Part shown: positions 1 through 12,810 of the stretch, one piece after another | Position numbering within the stretch: the first letter of the stretch is position 1 | Layout: every line of letters begins with the position of its first letter | Position numbers and translations under genes: made by a program | Notes under the pieces: model-generated | Database searches by the model: none | Seen by the model: the letters and a program-made list of their open reading frames with translations, nothing else | What the model was told of the DNA's origin: nothing | Assembly (NCBI GenBank): GCA_973895155.1 | Contig: OZ316897.1 | Location: forward strand, 17,952,457 to 18,016,456 | Direction: 5' to 3' | Source of the DNA: Marsupella aquatica | Taxonomy: Eukaryota > Plantae > Marchantiophyta | DNA length: 64,000 nucleotides

Positions 1-625
1 AGAATATCTTCCATGAAACAAGATAATCCTTGTGTCCATGAAGAATATGTCTTTGAATCGGAAAACCTATGGACACATATTACGGCATTCAATCAGACTA
101 ATTAAAGAAAAAGGTATAAAATTTTCATTAGCTAGACATTAAGTGTCATAGCTGCAGATTCGTTTCATCTTCCCTAGCCTTATAGCACGAACCTACATAT
201 GAGAGTGATGTCATACCAAATTACAAGGACATGGGGAATTGAAAGAGCTTCTTGGCTATAGCAATGGAATTAGATATATGTATATCGGAACGAAGCTAGT
301 GCAAGCTGTCTGCACACTAATAAACAGCAGAAACTCTGAAACTGTCCTACATTTGGCTAGAATGAAAGATATATGAATAACAAGCGGGGAGAGTGCAAAG
401 TTTGTAAATCAGACACAACCCCATATTAAATGATAGTGAATTATGACTACACTTCAAATGTATAACAAATATTGTTATACACTTCAAATAATACCCACTT
501 CAAATGTAATAATTTAACAAGTAGGATTCCGGAGACAAAAACTAATGAGTTTAATTATTTTTCTACTAAGATTCAGATTTTGATTTCTTTTGTGTTTCCA
601 TTTTGTAAATAGAGTGCATGCACCC

Positions 626-745
626 ATGTCATGCATCATTACCCATTTAGAACTCATTGCCACTTTTTGGTAGCCCAAAAGTGATGTTTTGGTGAAAGCT
701 TTATGGGCAGTTATCATTTTTGTAGGTAAGTCTACAAACTCCCAT
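626..745 (+). repeat. Dispersed repeat family A, partial copy 1
   Basis: atgcatcattacccatttagaa...tttatgggcagtt matches 3999-4100 (direct) and 9010-9115 (inverted). Confidence 0.75.
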
Positions 746-1592
746 AATGAGTTTAGGGCGTGGCAGGAATTGAATATTACTTTGAGGAGCTCGTCATAGT
801 ATATCAGCGGGAATTAGTCAATAGCTAAGTTAACCAATCACTGAAAATATGAATCTCTTTAAAATTCTGCTGAATATCACTCCCAGTCACCAGCCGGCCC
901 CTCATGATGCAAGGACCACAGATAAGATTCAGAACGTACCCAGAAAGTATATGTCAGCAGCACTAAGCTAGCCCAGCTTCAAAAACAAATCCACGTCCCC
1001 TATAATTGACTGAATTTTCATACCATATGCTGGCTGTCCAAACACCCATTCGTCTGTAGAACTTGATACCATGAAGGCCAAGTTTGGTTAGATCAGGAAG
1101 ACAAACACCGTCACGTATCTCCAGAAATCAGCTGCAGTATTTTCAGGTGCGTTCACAGAATTATCTGCAATATTGTATAACAACAAAGCAGTCCTTTAAC
1201 TGTACGTCTAAAGGACATTCCAAACAGTTTGACCTAGTAAATCTAACTTAATAAGGGTTCTGACTGAAACAGACAAGACCTCAAGCTTATTAGTTAGATT
1301 TTACAATAGATGAATTGCACAAGAAACCTACAGTTGTATTACAGGAGCAAGGAGCTTATCATTGCTCCTAATTAAGTTCATCAAATTAAATTGGCACTTA
1401 GTGCAGTTCCACAGGGGGACTCCACAAACCACTACATCTTGGAATCAAAGTTATCTGCAGGAGTCACCACTGTAGCTTTCACAACTAGCTAGGTAAGTAC
1501 TCTGAAGAAACTGCGGAGGGATCTATAGGGGGCAAATGATAGCGATCTATAAATATAGCTAGGTGTTTCTGACTTCGACCCTCTCGATAGCC

Positions 1593-1772
1593 CGGGATGC
1601 TTCTATCTAAGTCAATTATGCAATCCACTACGTACATCTCGGTTTGTGCAGTAGTTATCTACCAGATGCAGTCGACTATCTAGCTCACTAGATGGGATGC
1701 TTCTATTTAATTGATCGAGTCCTCTAAGTTATGCAAAACATCACTACGTACATCTCTTTTGTGCAGTAGTCA
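1593..1772 (+). repeat. Diverged tandem duplication, ~100-bp period
   Basis: gggatgcttctat...cactacgtacatctc...ttgtgcagtagt occurs twice (~1594 and ~1694). Confidence 0.65.
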
Positions 1773-3446
1773 TGCTGCACCGTTTCAGAGGCTTTCTGCT
1801 AGATATCCAAGGTCATGAAGCACAGCCTATTCAATCTGGATCGAGGAAACCACTACTACATTGAAGAACTTGTGGAACGGTGTCTAGGGGCCACACAGCA
1901 GCAAAGCAAAACATCCCTGATAATTTTTCTAACTTACTCTGTTTTGGCAAGATCCTTGTGAGAATGATGCATGCAGTGTATTACCTAGCTCACTTACTGC
2001 GTGGGGTGCCTGCCCTAATCTGGCTTCAAATGACGTAATTTTAGACACCTCAATAAGTGAACTGCAAAGAAAGAGAAGGAATTAATAGAAGAATCTTTCC
2101 TCTCTGAACCGACTGTGCATGTGCGAATTAATTAGTCTTGGTTATATCTCCTTCTGTGTGCCGCCGAGACAACCTAATAAAGGAAAAGTTGGGCAAAAGT
2201 GACTTCTCAATCAAAAATCCCTAGAAACAAAACCCAAATAAAACATCTCCACAAGGAAACTGCATTCTGCAACACATCCCTACATCTCACATTCATCATT
2301 TCTGTATGGTTGTCGCACGCTGAAGCCTTTCTGGAGGCTTCCCGCTACTTTGAAAGAACCTGTGGAGGGGTTATTTGGAGGCCATATACTTAGCCGCGAA
2401 ACCATTTTGAGGCAATTTTGACTGGAACCCTAAACTATCCAGGTCACTCTGTAGGGTGGCTCCGATCGGGTGCTCTATATAAGCTAGCTATCTTCACAAG
2501 CTATCGAAGCTTCATCAATTATACCCCTGAACAGCTAAAATAATACGACAAGAGGGACCGAGCAGAGATACTGTGGGGGAACAGTCCTGTGTCGCGATTA
2601 ATCTGTTCGATCAAGAATTCGAGCTGAACCTACAAGTGCGGTTCCTCTTTCCCTTGGCTGGCTTATATAGTCGAGCTGAGCTATTCTGTACCTTCCCTTT
2701 CTCCCTCCCTTCCTCGATGAGAATGCTTTTGTGCGCGCCTGATGGCTTGGTTGGTGGAGGCTCAGTCTCCCTCCCTCTCTTTCCGTGGCTCGGGTGGCCT
2801 GTTCGGGTGCGCTTGGCCCCACCATCCATCCCTCGATTCCTGCCTCCCTCCCTGCCTCCCGCGCTTGGCGCCACCGTCCATCCCTCGTTCCCTGCCTCCC
2901 ATTCTGACTAACCCAAGTCTTAGGTTGCTTTTGTGCCTAGCTGGCTTGATCGGTACAACAGGAACCACACCCCGTTCTGTCCCCCTCTTGTCCAACGAGC
3001 TATTTTGAGAACCTCGCCTTTAATAGCCTGGACCGTACCGCGAAAGTCGGGTCCATCAATCTGAGCTAGCTATGGGGATCGTCTCCAAGTTCACGAGCAC
3101 TTTCATCACATGAAACGGAATGTTGTAATTGTGTTCACAATTTGGTATTGGTCTTGTGTACATAAACCTTAGGCTACGGTAAGTATCCACTGGTAGGGCT
3201 TGTCATCACATAGTTTTGGAGCTCAACTTTGACCCTTCTTGGGTCACCTGTGAAGCACATTTCCAAAATTTAATTCCTCCAAAGAAAGCATCTCAGAAGT
3301 CTCAATCTTACGGTCTCATTGAATCAACTAGGCTAGCTCTAGAAAAACTTGAAGTAATCTGGACACCAGTCTCCCTGCCCTTGCCACGAAACTTCAAGAC
3401 GTGCATGCTTTACCTTCTGCTTAGAAAAGGCAATCGATTAAGCAGT

Positions 3447-3852
3447 TCCCGAATATAAGCAGTTGGATCAGACTAAGTGGGCAGCCAGCCAGGACAGAAA
3501 GAGGATCAGAGTCAAACGGGATCAACCAGACAGCCTACCGACCGGCAGCGAGCACAAGGCAGTCAGTAAGATCCGATGCGCGCAGCTTGTACAGTAACCA
3601 CTTGTGACTGCAAGGCAAGGAAGCAGGCAAGAGACAAAGACAGACGCGAATTCCAACAGAGATGCATACAGAGCTCTCTTATAAGAAGATCACGGTTCGT
3701 TGAGTTTTCTTTCTTCTATTCAGCCCGTTCCCATGTGGGACATATTCCCATTTTGTTGAGGTTTCTCCTATCATTTTAACAGAGAAGTAGGAGAACGCGC
3801 AAAGTGGTAGAATTGAACACATTCCCACTTTTGAAAATAGGAGCTTCTCCTA
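3447..3852 (+). repeat. ~400-bp direct repeat B, copy 1
   Basis: tcccgaatataa...gggatcaaccagacagcctaccgaccggca...cttctccta is collinear with 7821-8235. ORFs 3576 and 7974 give near-identical peptides. Confidence 0.9.
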
Positions 3853-3944
3853 GTTCTGATTGGAGTGGAATCCCAACGTTGCGGGCAGGGAATCAAATTT
3901 CCCAGTATGTTATGTAGTAATTCCTGAGGATGCTTGTGGGGACC

Positions 3945-4232
3945 TTAAAGAGTAACAAGGAACTTGTATTGTTTGACTGTTAGGTAATGCATGATTTATG
4001 CATCATTACCCATTTAGAATTCATTGACACAATGTTTGTAGCCCAAATAGATGCCCTGGTTGAAGGTTTATGGGCAGTTTTACTGTTTGTAAGTAAATAC
4101 ACCAATTCTCGTATGAACACAAGAGAATTGGAAAAAACCCACTTATCACCAAAGGAAAATGCAAATACTCTAGTATTGTCTTTTTTGTAACGAGATTTAA
4201 GAACACCAATATCAAGCTAGGTAAAAGGCCAC
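3945..4232 (+). repeat. Dispersed repeat family A, copy 2
   Basis: Reverse complement of 8890-9172; also shares a core with 626-745. Confidence 0.8.
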
Positions 4233-4796
4233 ATAAGGTAGTATTAATTTGATTTCTTACCGGGGAAGGTGACAGTGGTACGTAGCAGGAATAGGTTATC
4301 TAGGCGGGCCAAAAGAAACAGATCAGCTATAGCGGTACGTAGCAACAGGAATAGGCTAGCCAACGCTGGGAAAAAGGAAATCGACCAGCTACGTACTACG
4401 TACAGTAGCAACAACGGGAACAAGCTATCTAGTCTAGGCTGGGCCAAGTGCAACGACCAGCTTTTAAAGGGGATTATGGACGACCAGGAAAATATTATAA
4501 CAAGTTGGACAGGTGCACAGGCGTCTTATCTCATACTTAGTGATATGTCGATGTACACGTGCAGGATGCAACAGAGAACCTGGGCTATCTCCGGCTTTAC
4601 TCAAGTGGGATGCTAGCTTGCAAGTATAACTTCTACAGTTATTCAACTGCCTGTAGGTGATAGAGGCCAATTAGAGACAGAAAAAGTTCTGCACAAGAAA
4701 ATCACAACCAAGAAGGTGGATCATTAGGTTGCGCATGCAGAAACTAGGAAGGAGAGGAGATGAAGTAACGTAATTGTTCTTCTTAGTCTTGAGAGA

Positions 4797-6200
4797 ATGG
4801 GCTGCGTTTTCTCAAGGAAAGGTCATCCTTGGAGAAAGATGAGATCCCCGAGGTAGAAACGATTCGCGCGTACCAAAGCATCAGGGACAGTGAGGATCAA
4901 AGTAGAAGTAGAAGGATTCAAAGATTTGGGCCATCGCCCACCCAAGTAGCTCCAAATAACAGCTTCAAGAGGTGAAGAGTAGGCACAATGGCGCACCTAT
5001 TGCTGTGGGAGCTAAAGATAGGGGAGAAAGGAGCTTAAGGGAAAGACTATTGGTGAAGCACAATTCAAGGTGAATCCCAGAATCTGTTGGAACATTTTAA
5101 AGAATGTTGAGGGGGAACAAATTGCAGCTGGATGGCCTGGCTGGCTCTCGGCAGTTGCTAGAGATCGAGGCCATCTAGGGTTGGATCCCCCAAAGCCTAC
5201 GTTGCTTTAAAATCCTTGAAATGATTGGCGAAGGTTCTTACAGTATTGTGTATAAAGATCGGGATACACTACATCCGGATACTGAAAAGATTGTTGCCCT
5301 AAAGAAAGTCCGGTTTGATGCCACGAACCCAGACAGCTTCCGATTTATGGCCTGCGAGATAGAAGTTTTACTAAGGCTGGACCATCCCATGTCGTGAAAC
5401 TGTAAGGCTTGGCACCGTCGCGGGTATCTGACAGTCTTTACCTTATCTTCGAATACATGGAGCACGATCTTGGTGGACTGACTGCTTGTGCCGAAACCCC
5501 CTTTACGGAAGCACAGGGGAAATGCTATTTGCAGTAGTTACTTCGAGGACTTGAGCACTGTCATAGCCATGGTGTGCTCCATCGCGATATTAAGGGACCT
5601 AACCTGTTGTTGGGTAATTAATGATGGAGTGTTAAAATTTGCCCACTTTGGACTTGCAAAATTGTATCATGCTGATCGGAAAGAGCAATTGACGAGCCGC
5701 GTGGTTACCCTTTGGTACGTATAGACCGGCCACTGAGCTTCCTTTGGGGGCTACAGAGTACGGTGCAGCAGTGGACCTTTGGAGCACGGGTTGTATTCTA
5801 GCAGAGCTGCTTGCAGGCAAACCTGGCCTGTAATGCCTGGTAAATCAGAGGCGGACCAGCTGGACAGGATTTTTAAACTGTGTCGATCAACCTCGAAAGA
5901 ATACTCGAATAAGAAATCAGGACTGCTGAATGAAACCCTGGGTAATCCACTTTATAAGCGCTCCATCACGGAGAGATTCAAGAAGTTTTCTAGCTCATCT
6001 GTAGCATTATTGGAGGCTCTTCTTGCTATTGAACCTGAAGACCGTGGAAGTGCTGCAGGTGCACGTCTTTAAGAGTGGGTTCTTCCCAACAAATCTCTTG
6101 ATTGTAATCTATCAAGCTTGCCTCAGAACCCTCAATCCTAGTAAGTCTATGAATGTCCAGATCTGTCATACGGAACTTCTACTAGCTAGCAGACGAGCTA
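4797..6200 (+). pseudogene. Processed pseudogene of a plant CDK-like (CDKC-related, At1g54610-type) Ser/Thr kinase
   Basis: MGCVFSR start at 4797. Then [80 protein letters not shown] and LLAIEPEDRGSA, spread over different frames with stops and frameshifts and with no introns. The 3' end is approximate. Confidence 0.9.
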
Positions 6201-7820
6201 CCAGATTGGCCAAAAAAATTGAAGCAGTTCCCCCACTAGAGGAAAAAGGCAGAGCCATCTGTGTCCGTGACGAAAGGCCATGACTCTTAGTGTGCATCAA
6301 CGAGACAGAGAAGCTGTTCCGTAAATCAAGATTCGATCAGCTGTTGCTTTCCCCGTGGAATCTACCAGGGCATAAGGTCACTCTATCAGAGGGACAAGTA
6401 CTACATAGCCTATGATATCCGGTCAACCATCTTCTGTACTAGCTTCCTAACGATCTACTTCACAAATTAACCGTAAATGCTCCACTCAAATCTCTCTGAG
6501 GCAACATTCATTGAATTGGCTAATTAGAACCGATCAACAATTCAAACAACAAGATCTGAATATGGCTCCCTCTTAATTGGTCATAGTTACCGCCCACCCC
6601 AAGTCAATGCCATTATCTAGCTAGCTGACTTTGCATTGCAATCATGCTATCAACCATATATATCTGGAAGTGACCTCTCCAGGATTTTCAAAGTGTTGGG
6701 CGTGCTATTGGCTAGCAGAACTGAGGACAATTCTGGGGAGCGCCCGTAATTGTCAAAGAGGGAGGGATGATGTGGAGTGAGACTTCATCAGAATCTTCCG
6801 TACCACCTTAAACACTCGATCATAGAAGAGGACTTAAAGGCAAGGACTTAGGTATAAACCACTATATACTGAAAGTAGTGAATCATGTCGAATTGAGAGG
6901 AGCGGTACGTTGTTCGCTGTAAGTTCTACCTCCTGGCCTGTTTAGGCATGGAAATTGCAACAAGCAATATTATGCACCACTCTGGAAAATAAGAAAAACC
7001 TACCTAGTGGCCGCCGGTGGTGTATATTAAACTCTACCCCCGACTCTACCTGCAGGTCAGCATGCAGTTGGCAGAGTTAATTGTACCTACATCAATTGCC
7101 ACGTATATACTGAATCACTGGGTTTGCATTGTTCCGTTCTGGGCTCAATGACATCACCGGTGCGGGTTTGTGGATTATCCCTGATCACTTGGGAAAGGTT
7201 ACGGTCTAGATTCAGTTTTTTCAGACTAAACACAAGAGCACTGTCGTTTATTAAACTAATTAAACTAATACGGGTGTACAAGTATCCCCAGCTTACATAG
7301 ACAGATGATTTAGCCTGGTAACATATGTATCTACACTTATGTATTCTTAAATTTGATTATGCTTGAATGTGTGAGATGATTTTAAAGTATCGTACCATAT
7401 TTGAATGGATTCGATCGATCTATATATCATCCAGGTTTAATTAATACCCTTTAATAGAAAACATCGGCTCGGATTCGGTGAAAAGTTGCGCAGAGGCTTA
7501 CACAATTAATGGAATCAATGCAACATATTATATGTAAAATCGTGTTATGGACCCATGGGTTGCACTGTGATATCAATGAATTGTGTGTTTTGAAAGATGG
7601 GTATGAGTGAGGCGTAGCAGCTGTAAGGGTTTAGGGTTCAGCAACAATCCGATATGATGATGTCAGGGAGTGACATGGCTAGCTATAGATATTGCATATG
7701 GAAGTTTCCAGATGGTTATGAAAGTTGATTAAGGTAACGTAAGGCGTTTAAATACATGAAGGAAATGGGGCCCAAGTGCGTGAGTAGCGGAAGTAGCGCA
7801 AGACGACAAGTAAATTCTGA

Positions 7821-8235
7821 TCCCGAATATAATTAAGTAGTTGGGTCAGACTAAGTGAGCTCAGCTAGCCAGGACAGAAAATGGATCAGAGTTAAACGGG
7901 ATCAACCAGACAGCCTACCGACCGGCATGCAGCAAGCTAAAGGCAGTCAGTAAGATCCGATGCAGCTTGTACAGTGACCATTTGTGACTGCGAGGCAAGG
8001 AAGCAAGCAAGAGACAAAGGCAGACGCGAATTCCAACAGATATGCATACACAACTCTCTTATAAGAAGATCAAGGTTCGTCGAGTTTTCTTTCTTCTATT
8101 CACCCCCTTCCCATGTGGGTCATATTCCCATTTTGTTGAAATTTCTCCAAGCAATCATTTTAACAAAGAAAGTACGAGAACGCGCAAAGTGGTAGAATTG
8201 CACACATTCACACTTTTAAATAGTACCTTCTCCTA
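7821..8235 (+). repeat. ~400-bp direct repeat B, copy 2
   Basis: Collinear with 3447-3852, with scattered substitutions and small indels. Confidence 0.9.
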
Positions 8236-8511
8236 AACCACAACTGCTCCTATATAATGTTACCGGTAACTAGTAATTGTCATTGTAAAGAGCATAGGTT
8301 CAGGAATGGACTTTGAGCTCCACAAAAAATGATGAGTGCAAAACTAATTAATCTCGGGGCCCTCAGATTCTCTTCAGGAGGATCGTTCTCGGGTCCTGGG
8401 TGCCAGCTGACAGTTTGAATTTCGAGGATCGAGTGTATGGGCATCCTGCACTCGATCCTTAAGTGAGATCCAAGACCTCCAGCAAGCAAACAGTACAAAC
8501 TGTGGCCAGAC

Positions 8512-8805
8512 GACCATCTGTAGTTAACAAAACTCAAAACATCTGAAGAATGGGAGAAAAGTGAACGACTATGGAAAAAAGGATGCTCGTTAAGTACGTA
8601 AAGATCTAGAAAGGCTGAAAGAGATTGACAAAAAGTCTACCTAGGGACACGGTCAGGTGACCATCTGTAGTTAACAAAACTCAAAACATCTGAAGAATGG
8701 GAGAAAAGTGAACGACGATGGAAAAAAGGATGCTCGTTAAGTACATAAAGATCTAGAAAGGCTGAAAGAGATTGACAAAAAGTCTACCTAGGGACACGGT
8801 CAGGT
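8512..8805 (+). repeat. Recent tandem duplication, 2 x 147 bp
   Basis: gaccatctgtagttaac...gggacacggtcaggt at 8512-8658 and 8659-8805; only two mismatches seen. Confidence 0.95.
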
Positions 8806-8889
8806 TCAACAATGACCATGACGTACAGCTGGCTGTAACCTCTATAAAATGGAGATAAGGAAAAATGACATGCCCCTGCAGGAATCAGT

Positions 8890-9172
8890 TGTGGGACTTT
8901 TACCTAGGTTGATATTGGTGTTCATAAATATTGCTTACAAAAAAGACAAGCCAAGAGTATTTGTATTTTCCTTTGGAAATAAGTGTATTCTTGTGTTCAG
9001 ATGGAATTTGTAGACTTTACCTACATACACTAAAACTACCCATAAATCTTCAACCAGAGCATCAATTTGGGCTACAAAAGTAGTGTCAATAAAATCTAAA
9101 TGGGTAATGATGTATGAATTATTACCTAACAGTCTACAACAAGCAATATCTGACGTTCCTTGTTCCTCTTAA
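8890..9172 (-). repeat. Dispersed repeat family A, copy 3 (inverted)
   Basis: Reverse complement of 3945-4232. Confidence 0.8.
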
Positions 9173-9229
9173 ACCACACCTGTCACTACAAAAGACTCAT
9201 TCCATGTCTCATTACTGAGCTCCGAAATT

Positions 9230-10110
9230 GTCTCATCACCACTATTCTAGGGGGAAATCTCAAAGGAAATCGATGAATGCATCCAAAACGCTTTGGACAG
9301 GGCACTTTGGAATTAACAAAAGGTTAGAAGAGCGATCAAGCGACTGCATCATATCAGGCTCCTCGAAAGTACGTGCTGAGAAACGAAGTCCAATAAGGAG
9401 CTTTTACAAAGCCACTGACCGCCTCATGGTGGAAACTCTCCAGAAAAAGCTCCTTCAGACACTGTTGCAGGAGATGTTTCAGCTGTCATGCAAATGTCTC
9501 CAGACATGCATTGTCAACGGTGACCATATATGTAAGCGGTGGAAAGAGAGAAAAGCCCAGTTTTGGGTTCACATGATAGAGCTGGCAGTGGTAGAAGTGC
9601 GAGCAAGGAGGATGAGGAAATGGGGGAGGAAATCGATGACGGTGATGGTGGAGAACGTGGATGAGTATGTCAATATAAGGGGATGTATGCAAGCGTAGAT
9701 ATATGTAGAAATGATCGGTCATTACGAGAAATTTATGATGGGAAGAAAACCATGTACACAATGCACGGAGAGCTAGCTTTTGAGGGTCTGTTCACGTGAA
9801 TTGAAATGATGAATGGAAAGCAAGACGCTGCGAGCTAGCTAGACACTGAAGCAGATTGTCTTTAAAACATTTCATATCACAACAATATCTGTTAGGGGAG
9901 AGGAGCAATATATATGGAATTTTTCACAAATCAGAAGAACCGAGTTATGTTTTGGATGCTACTTCCAAAACTTCTGTTCTGGATCGATATTGGAAGGAGG
10001 GATATGGCAAATTATGGGAATAAACCATGCCAGGACCCAGTAGCGGTAGTGTTGGTGATAACAGACCAATTTTTATGGTCAAAATTGAAAGGGCCAGGGA
10101 ATTATTGAGA
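9230..10110 (+). mobile_element. Highly decayed Ty3/Gypsy-like integrase remnant
   Basis: TLWTGHFGINK (~9290) resembles the integrase H2C2 'GHFGxxKT' motif. VVLVITDQF (~10050) resembles the rve 'ILVVVDRFSK' motif. No intact ORF. Confidence 0.35.
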
Positions 10111-11522
10111 ATGAAGTTGTCGAGACACAAGTATCGGGGCCTGCAGTCCAGCAGAAGAGATGGAACACCTGGTTTTGTCAAGCTAGAATCCAAGAAGGAT
10201 ACTCAGAGCTAGCAGTGGGAAGGAGATCGAGATGCAATCGAGAATTGGGCGAACTATATATACAAAAAATTAATGGTATAAAATTTAATTGTATTAACAT
10301 GGATGAGTTCTATTGTTTGCCACCTGATCTTTGTTTCTGTTTTTTCATACCATGTCAAAGCTGAATAGCTTATAAGCTCGGAGTATATTCTGACCTATTT
10401 TCAACAACCTGGCACATGCCAGCCTGCCCGGGGTAGGCTAATTCAAATAATAATCCAAATTGATCGTCATTTTGCAACATAGTAGGCCTTGAAGGTGAGG
10501 TTGGGTTCGCAATAGGAGTACGTACATCGATTCCATAGCTAATGCTTGCATTGGGGTGCATGATTCTGGTAAGGGCTTCGAGTAATTGTGAAAGGTGAGG
10601 AAGCCAAGGAGAGAGAATTGTCTCTCTAGCTATTTGAATACATCTGGTACATCTCCTTTGTCATGCAAATTTGGAGAGCTCAAGATTATGCATAATCTGT
10701 GACAAATAGAAGTCATGCTTAGCCCATGTCGTACTTTATGGTCGAAACGACGAAAATCTATTCGTAATTGGATTTATATTTGGTAAAGAAACTTTGCATG
10801 TGCATCCTCCCGGCGTGTAACCTCACTATTAGTGAGAATTCTAATGGCTCGGTACTTAAGAAATCAACCGGTTTGAATGATTTGAATTTTTGTTGCTATT
10901 CTTCAATTCTGTTTATCCGCTCTTAATTCTTCATCAGAGATGAGACACCGCAATCGTCAGCATGCGCCCTCAGCTGGTTGCTTTTGGACGAACAAGACCT
11001 CAGTTTAATACTCCTACTGTACTACAAATCGAAGAATTGGTCGAGAACTGTCTTCCTATGGTTGAAAACTTGAACGAACTACACTGTCAGGACCTAATCC
11101 ATTAAGCTTACCGTCTAACCAAATTCTCATCTAAAGTGAATACGCACAATCCTAGATTTCAAGCCTACGAAATCAATCTAAAAATTCGGACCAAAACCGT
11201 ACAAAAACTTTGGAGCGGAAGTCAGACACCGGGAAAGGCCGGTGGGAAGCTTCATAGCGGGCAAATCACATTCCCTAGTTTAAAATAGACGCCTTCTGAA
11301 TTTCATGGGAAAATGGACACCTTCTGAAGTTTCTCAAAGTAAATTTTTCGCTTAGACTGAGAGATGGTAGTCGACCTTACCAGACAGAGTTGCTGATTTG
11401 TAGGCCCGTTTGTAGGCCCCCCTGACATTAGGTGTCCACGGCTAATCTCAAGCATAGATCTCAGCCCCATCTCAACTAAAACATATCTATATCTTACTCC
11501 GTTGTCCTCCACGGAAATGCGG

Positions 11523-12764
11523 TCAATCAAACAGGTCGCTAAAACCTGAAGGGTAAGCTTGTTTCAAGGTCACATCGGGGCCGAACTTGGAAAAGTCTAG
11601 ATCGCATAGGGCAGTAAAATTGACGCCCTCGTCGGTGAACTTGCCACTTAAAGCGAACTTCGCAATTGTCCGGTAGAAGCTCTCTGTGAAATGCACACCA
11701 TCCCAATTTACGTGCACGTCGGGGTTGGCGCAGTTGTTGGAGCCCTTACTGGGGTGCCCGCATGTGATGGCCGGATTATAGTTCAGCGTCCCCAGTCCAG
11801 GAGCTCCGCAGCATGCTGTGGTGGTCAACTTGGGGTCAAATCCATAGGCGCTTGGGTTTTCGAGGATCTCCAGGTTGGCGGCATAGTAATTGAAGAGAGC
11901 AATTTCAGCATCCTGTAGCTCATCGCGCAAACCTTGAATGATCTGATTCAGTCCGGTGTTGAAGCCGGAGACCAATCCGTTCACGGATGCAATACAGCCG
12001 AGCTTGTCTGTCGGCAAGCCCAATCCCTGCGACAGTGTGAGAATAACTGTAGAGCACCCTTGGGGTGGCATATTGAACACCAGAAACCTCCTCGCCGATT
12101 GTGCATACAGCGTCTGGATTGCAACGGAGATGTTCCCAAGGGCATGAGGTATCACAGAAGACACGATCGTTGCTACCGGCACTTTTTCTTGAAGTCCATT
12201 CAGCACATCGTTGCCTCCCGCTCCGATGGTGAAGAGCCAGTCTGGATATGGATTCCCGCTCGGTAAATCCGAGTTCAGCTGTTTCCTTTCCACGGCTTTC
12301 GCGCTATCTTTGAGCCTGATGAACTGGGCCGTCTGAAATGGCGTCAAGGAGAACGGAACGATCGCTGTCGGGCTCGGAGCCGCCGTTGCTCCAGCAGCTG
12401 CAAAGTTCGCTCCGAATCTAAAATTGAAAGTGGTAGGGGTGAAGTACCCATCCAGAAGCGGCTTGCGGAATGCCAGTGAGAAGAAGTCGGGCACGAGGCG
12501 CCCATTCGAGTAGCGCTTGGCGGGAGCACCAAAAAACGTCTCTCCGTAGGGGGCATTCTCCGCATCCCCGGTGAACGGGAATGCATTCAGCGAGTTCCCA
12601 GTGTCAGTGAGAGAGTCTCCAAAGTTCGCAAATCCCTTCGGGCATCGGCTGCCGCTCAGGTAATCCTGCTGCGCAAGTGGAGTTGGTAATTGTAGAACCA
12701 CGGACCCGAGGAGGACCGCCACGACAAATGTAGTTGACATCGGAGCGAGTGCTCCAGACGTCAT
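11523..12764 (-). CDS. GDSL/SGNH esterase-lipase, secreted, intronless
   Basis: Hydrophobic signal peptide after ATG 12764 (alternative ATG 12740). Block I FGDSLTDTGN, NGRLVPDF, block II GANFAAAGATA, block III GGNDV, ACCG, block V WDGVHFTE. Confidence 0.93.
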   Translation of the reverse strand: MTSGALAPMSTTFVVAVLLGSVVLQLPTPLAQQDYLSGSRCPKGFANFGDSLTDTGNSLNAFPFTGDAENAPYGETFFGAPAKRYSNGRLVPDFFSLAFRKPLLDGYFTPTTFNFRFGANFAAAGATAAPSPTAIVPFSLTPFQTAQFIRLKDSAKAVERKQLNSDLPSGNPYPDWLFTIGAGGNDVLNGLQEKVPVATIVSSVIPHALGNISVAIQTLYAQSARRFLVFNMPPQGCSTVILTLSQGLGLPTDKLGCIASVNGLVSGFNTGLNQIIQGLRDELQDAEIALFNYYAANLEILENPSAYGFDPKLTTTACCGAPGLGTLNYNPAITCGHPSKGSNNCANPDVHVNWDGVHFTESFYRTIAKFALSGKFTDEGVNFTALCDLDFSKFGPDVTLKQAYPSGFSDLFD

Positions 12765-12803
12765 ATATGAATCCCAAGCTCTGCTGATTACGAATGGCGT
12801 CTG

Positions 12804-12810
12804 CTTATAG
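12804..12810 (-). promoter_or_regulatory. Putative TATA box of the GDSL gene
   Basis: CTATAAG on the minus strand ~40 nt upstream of ATG 12764. Confidence 0.35.

Noticed and set aside
7626-7639. Telomere-like agggtttagggtt motifs (also at ~40076)
   Set aside because: Only 1-2 units, i.e. common plant telo-box motifs, not an interstitial telomere array.
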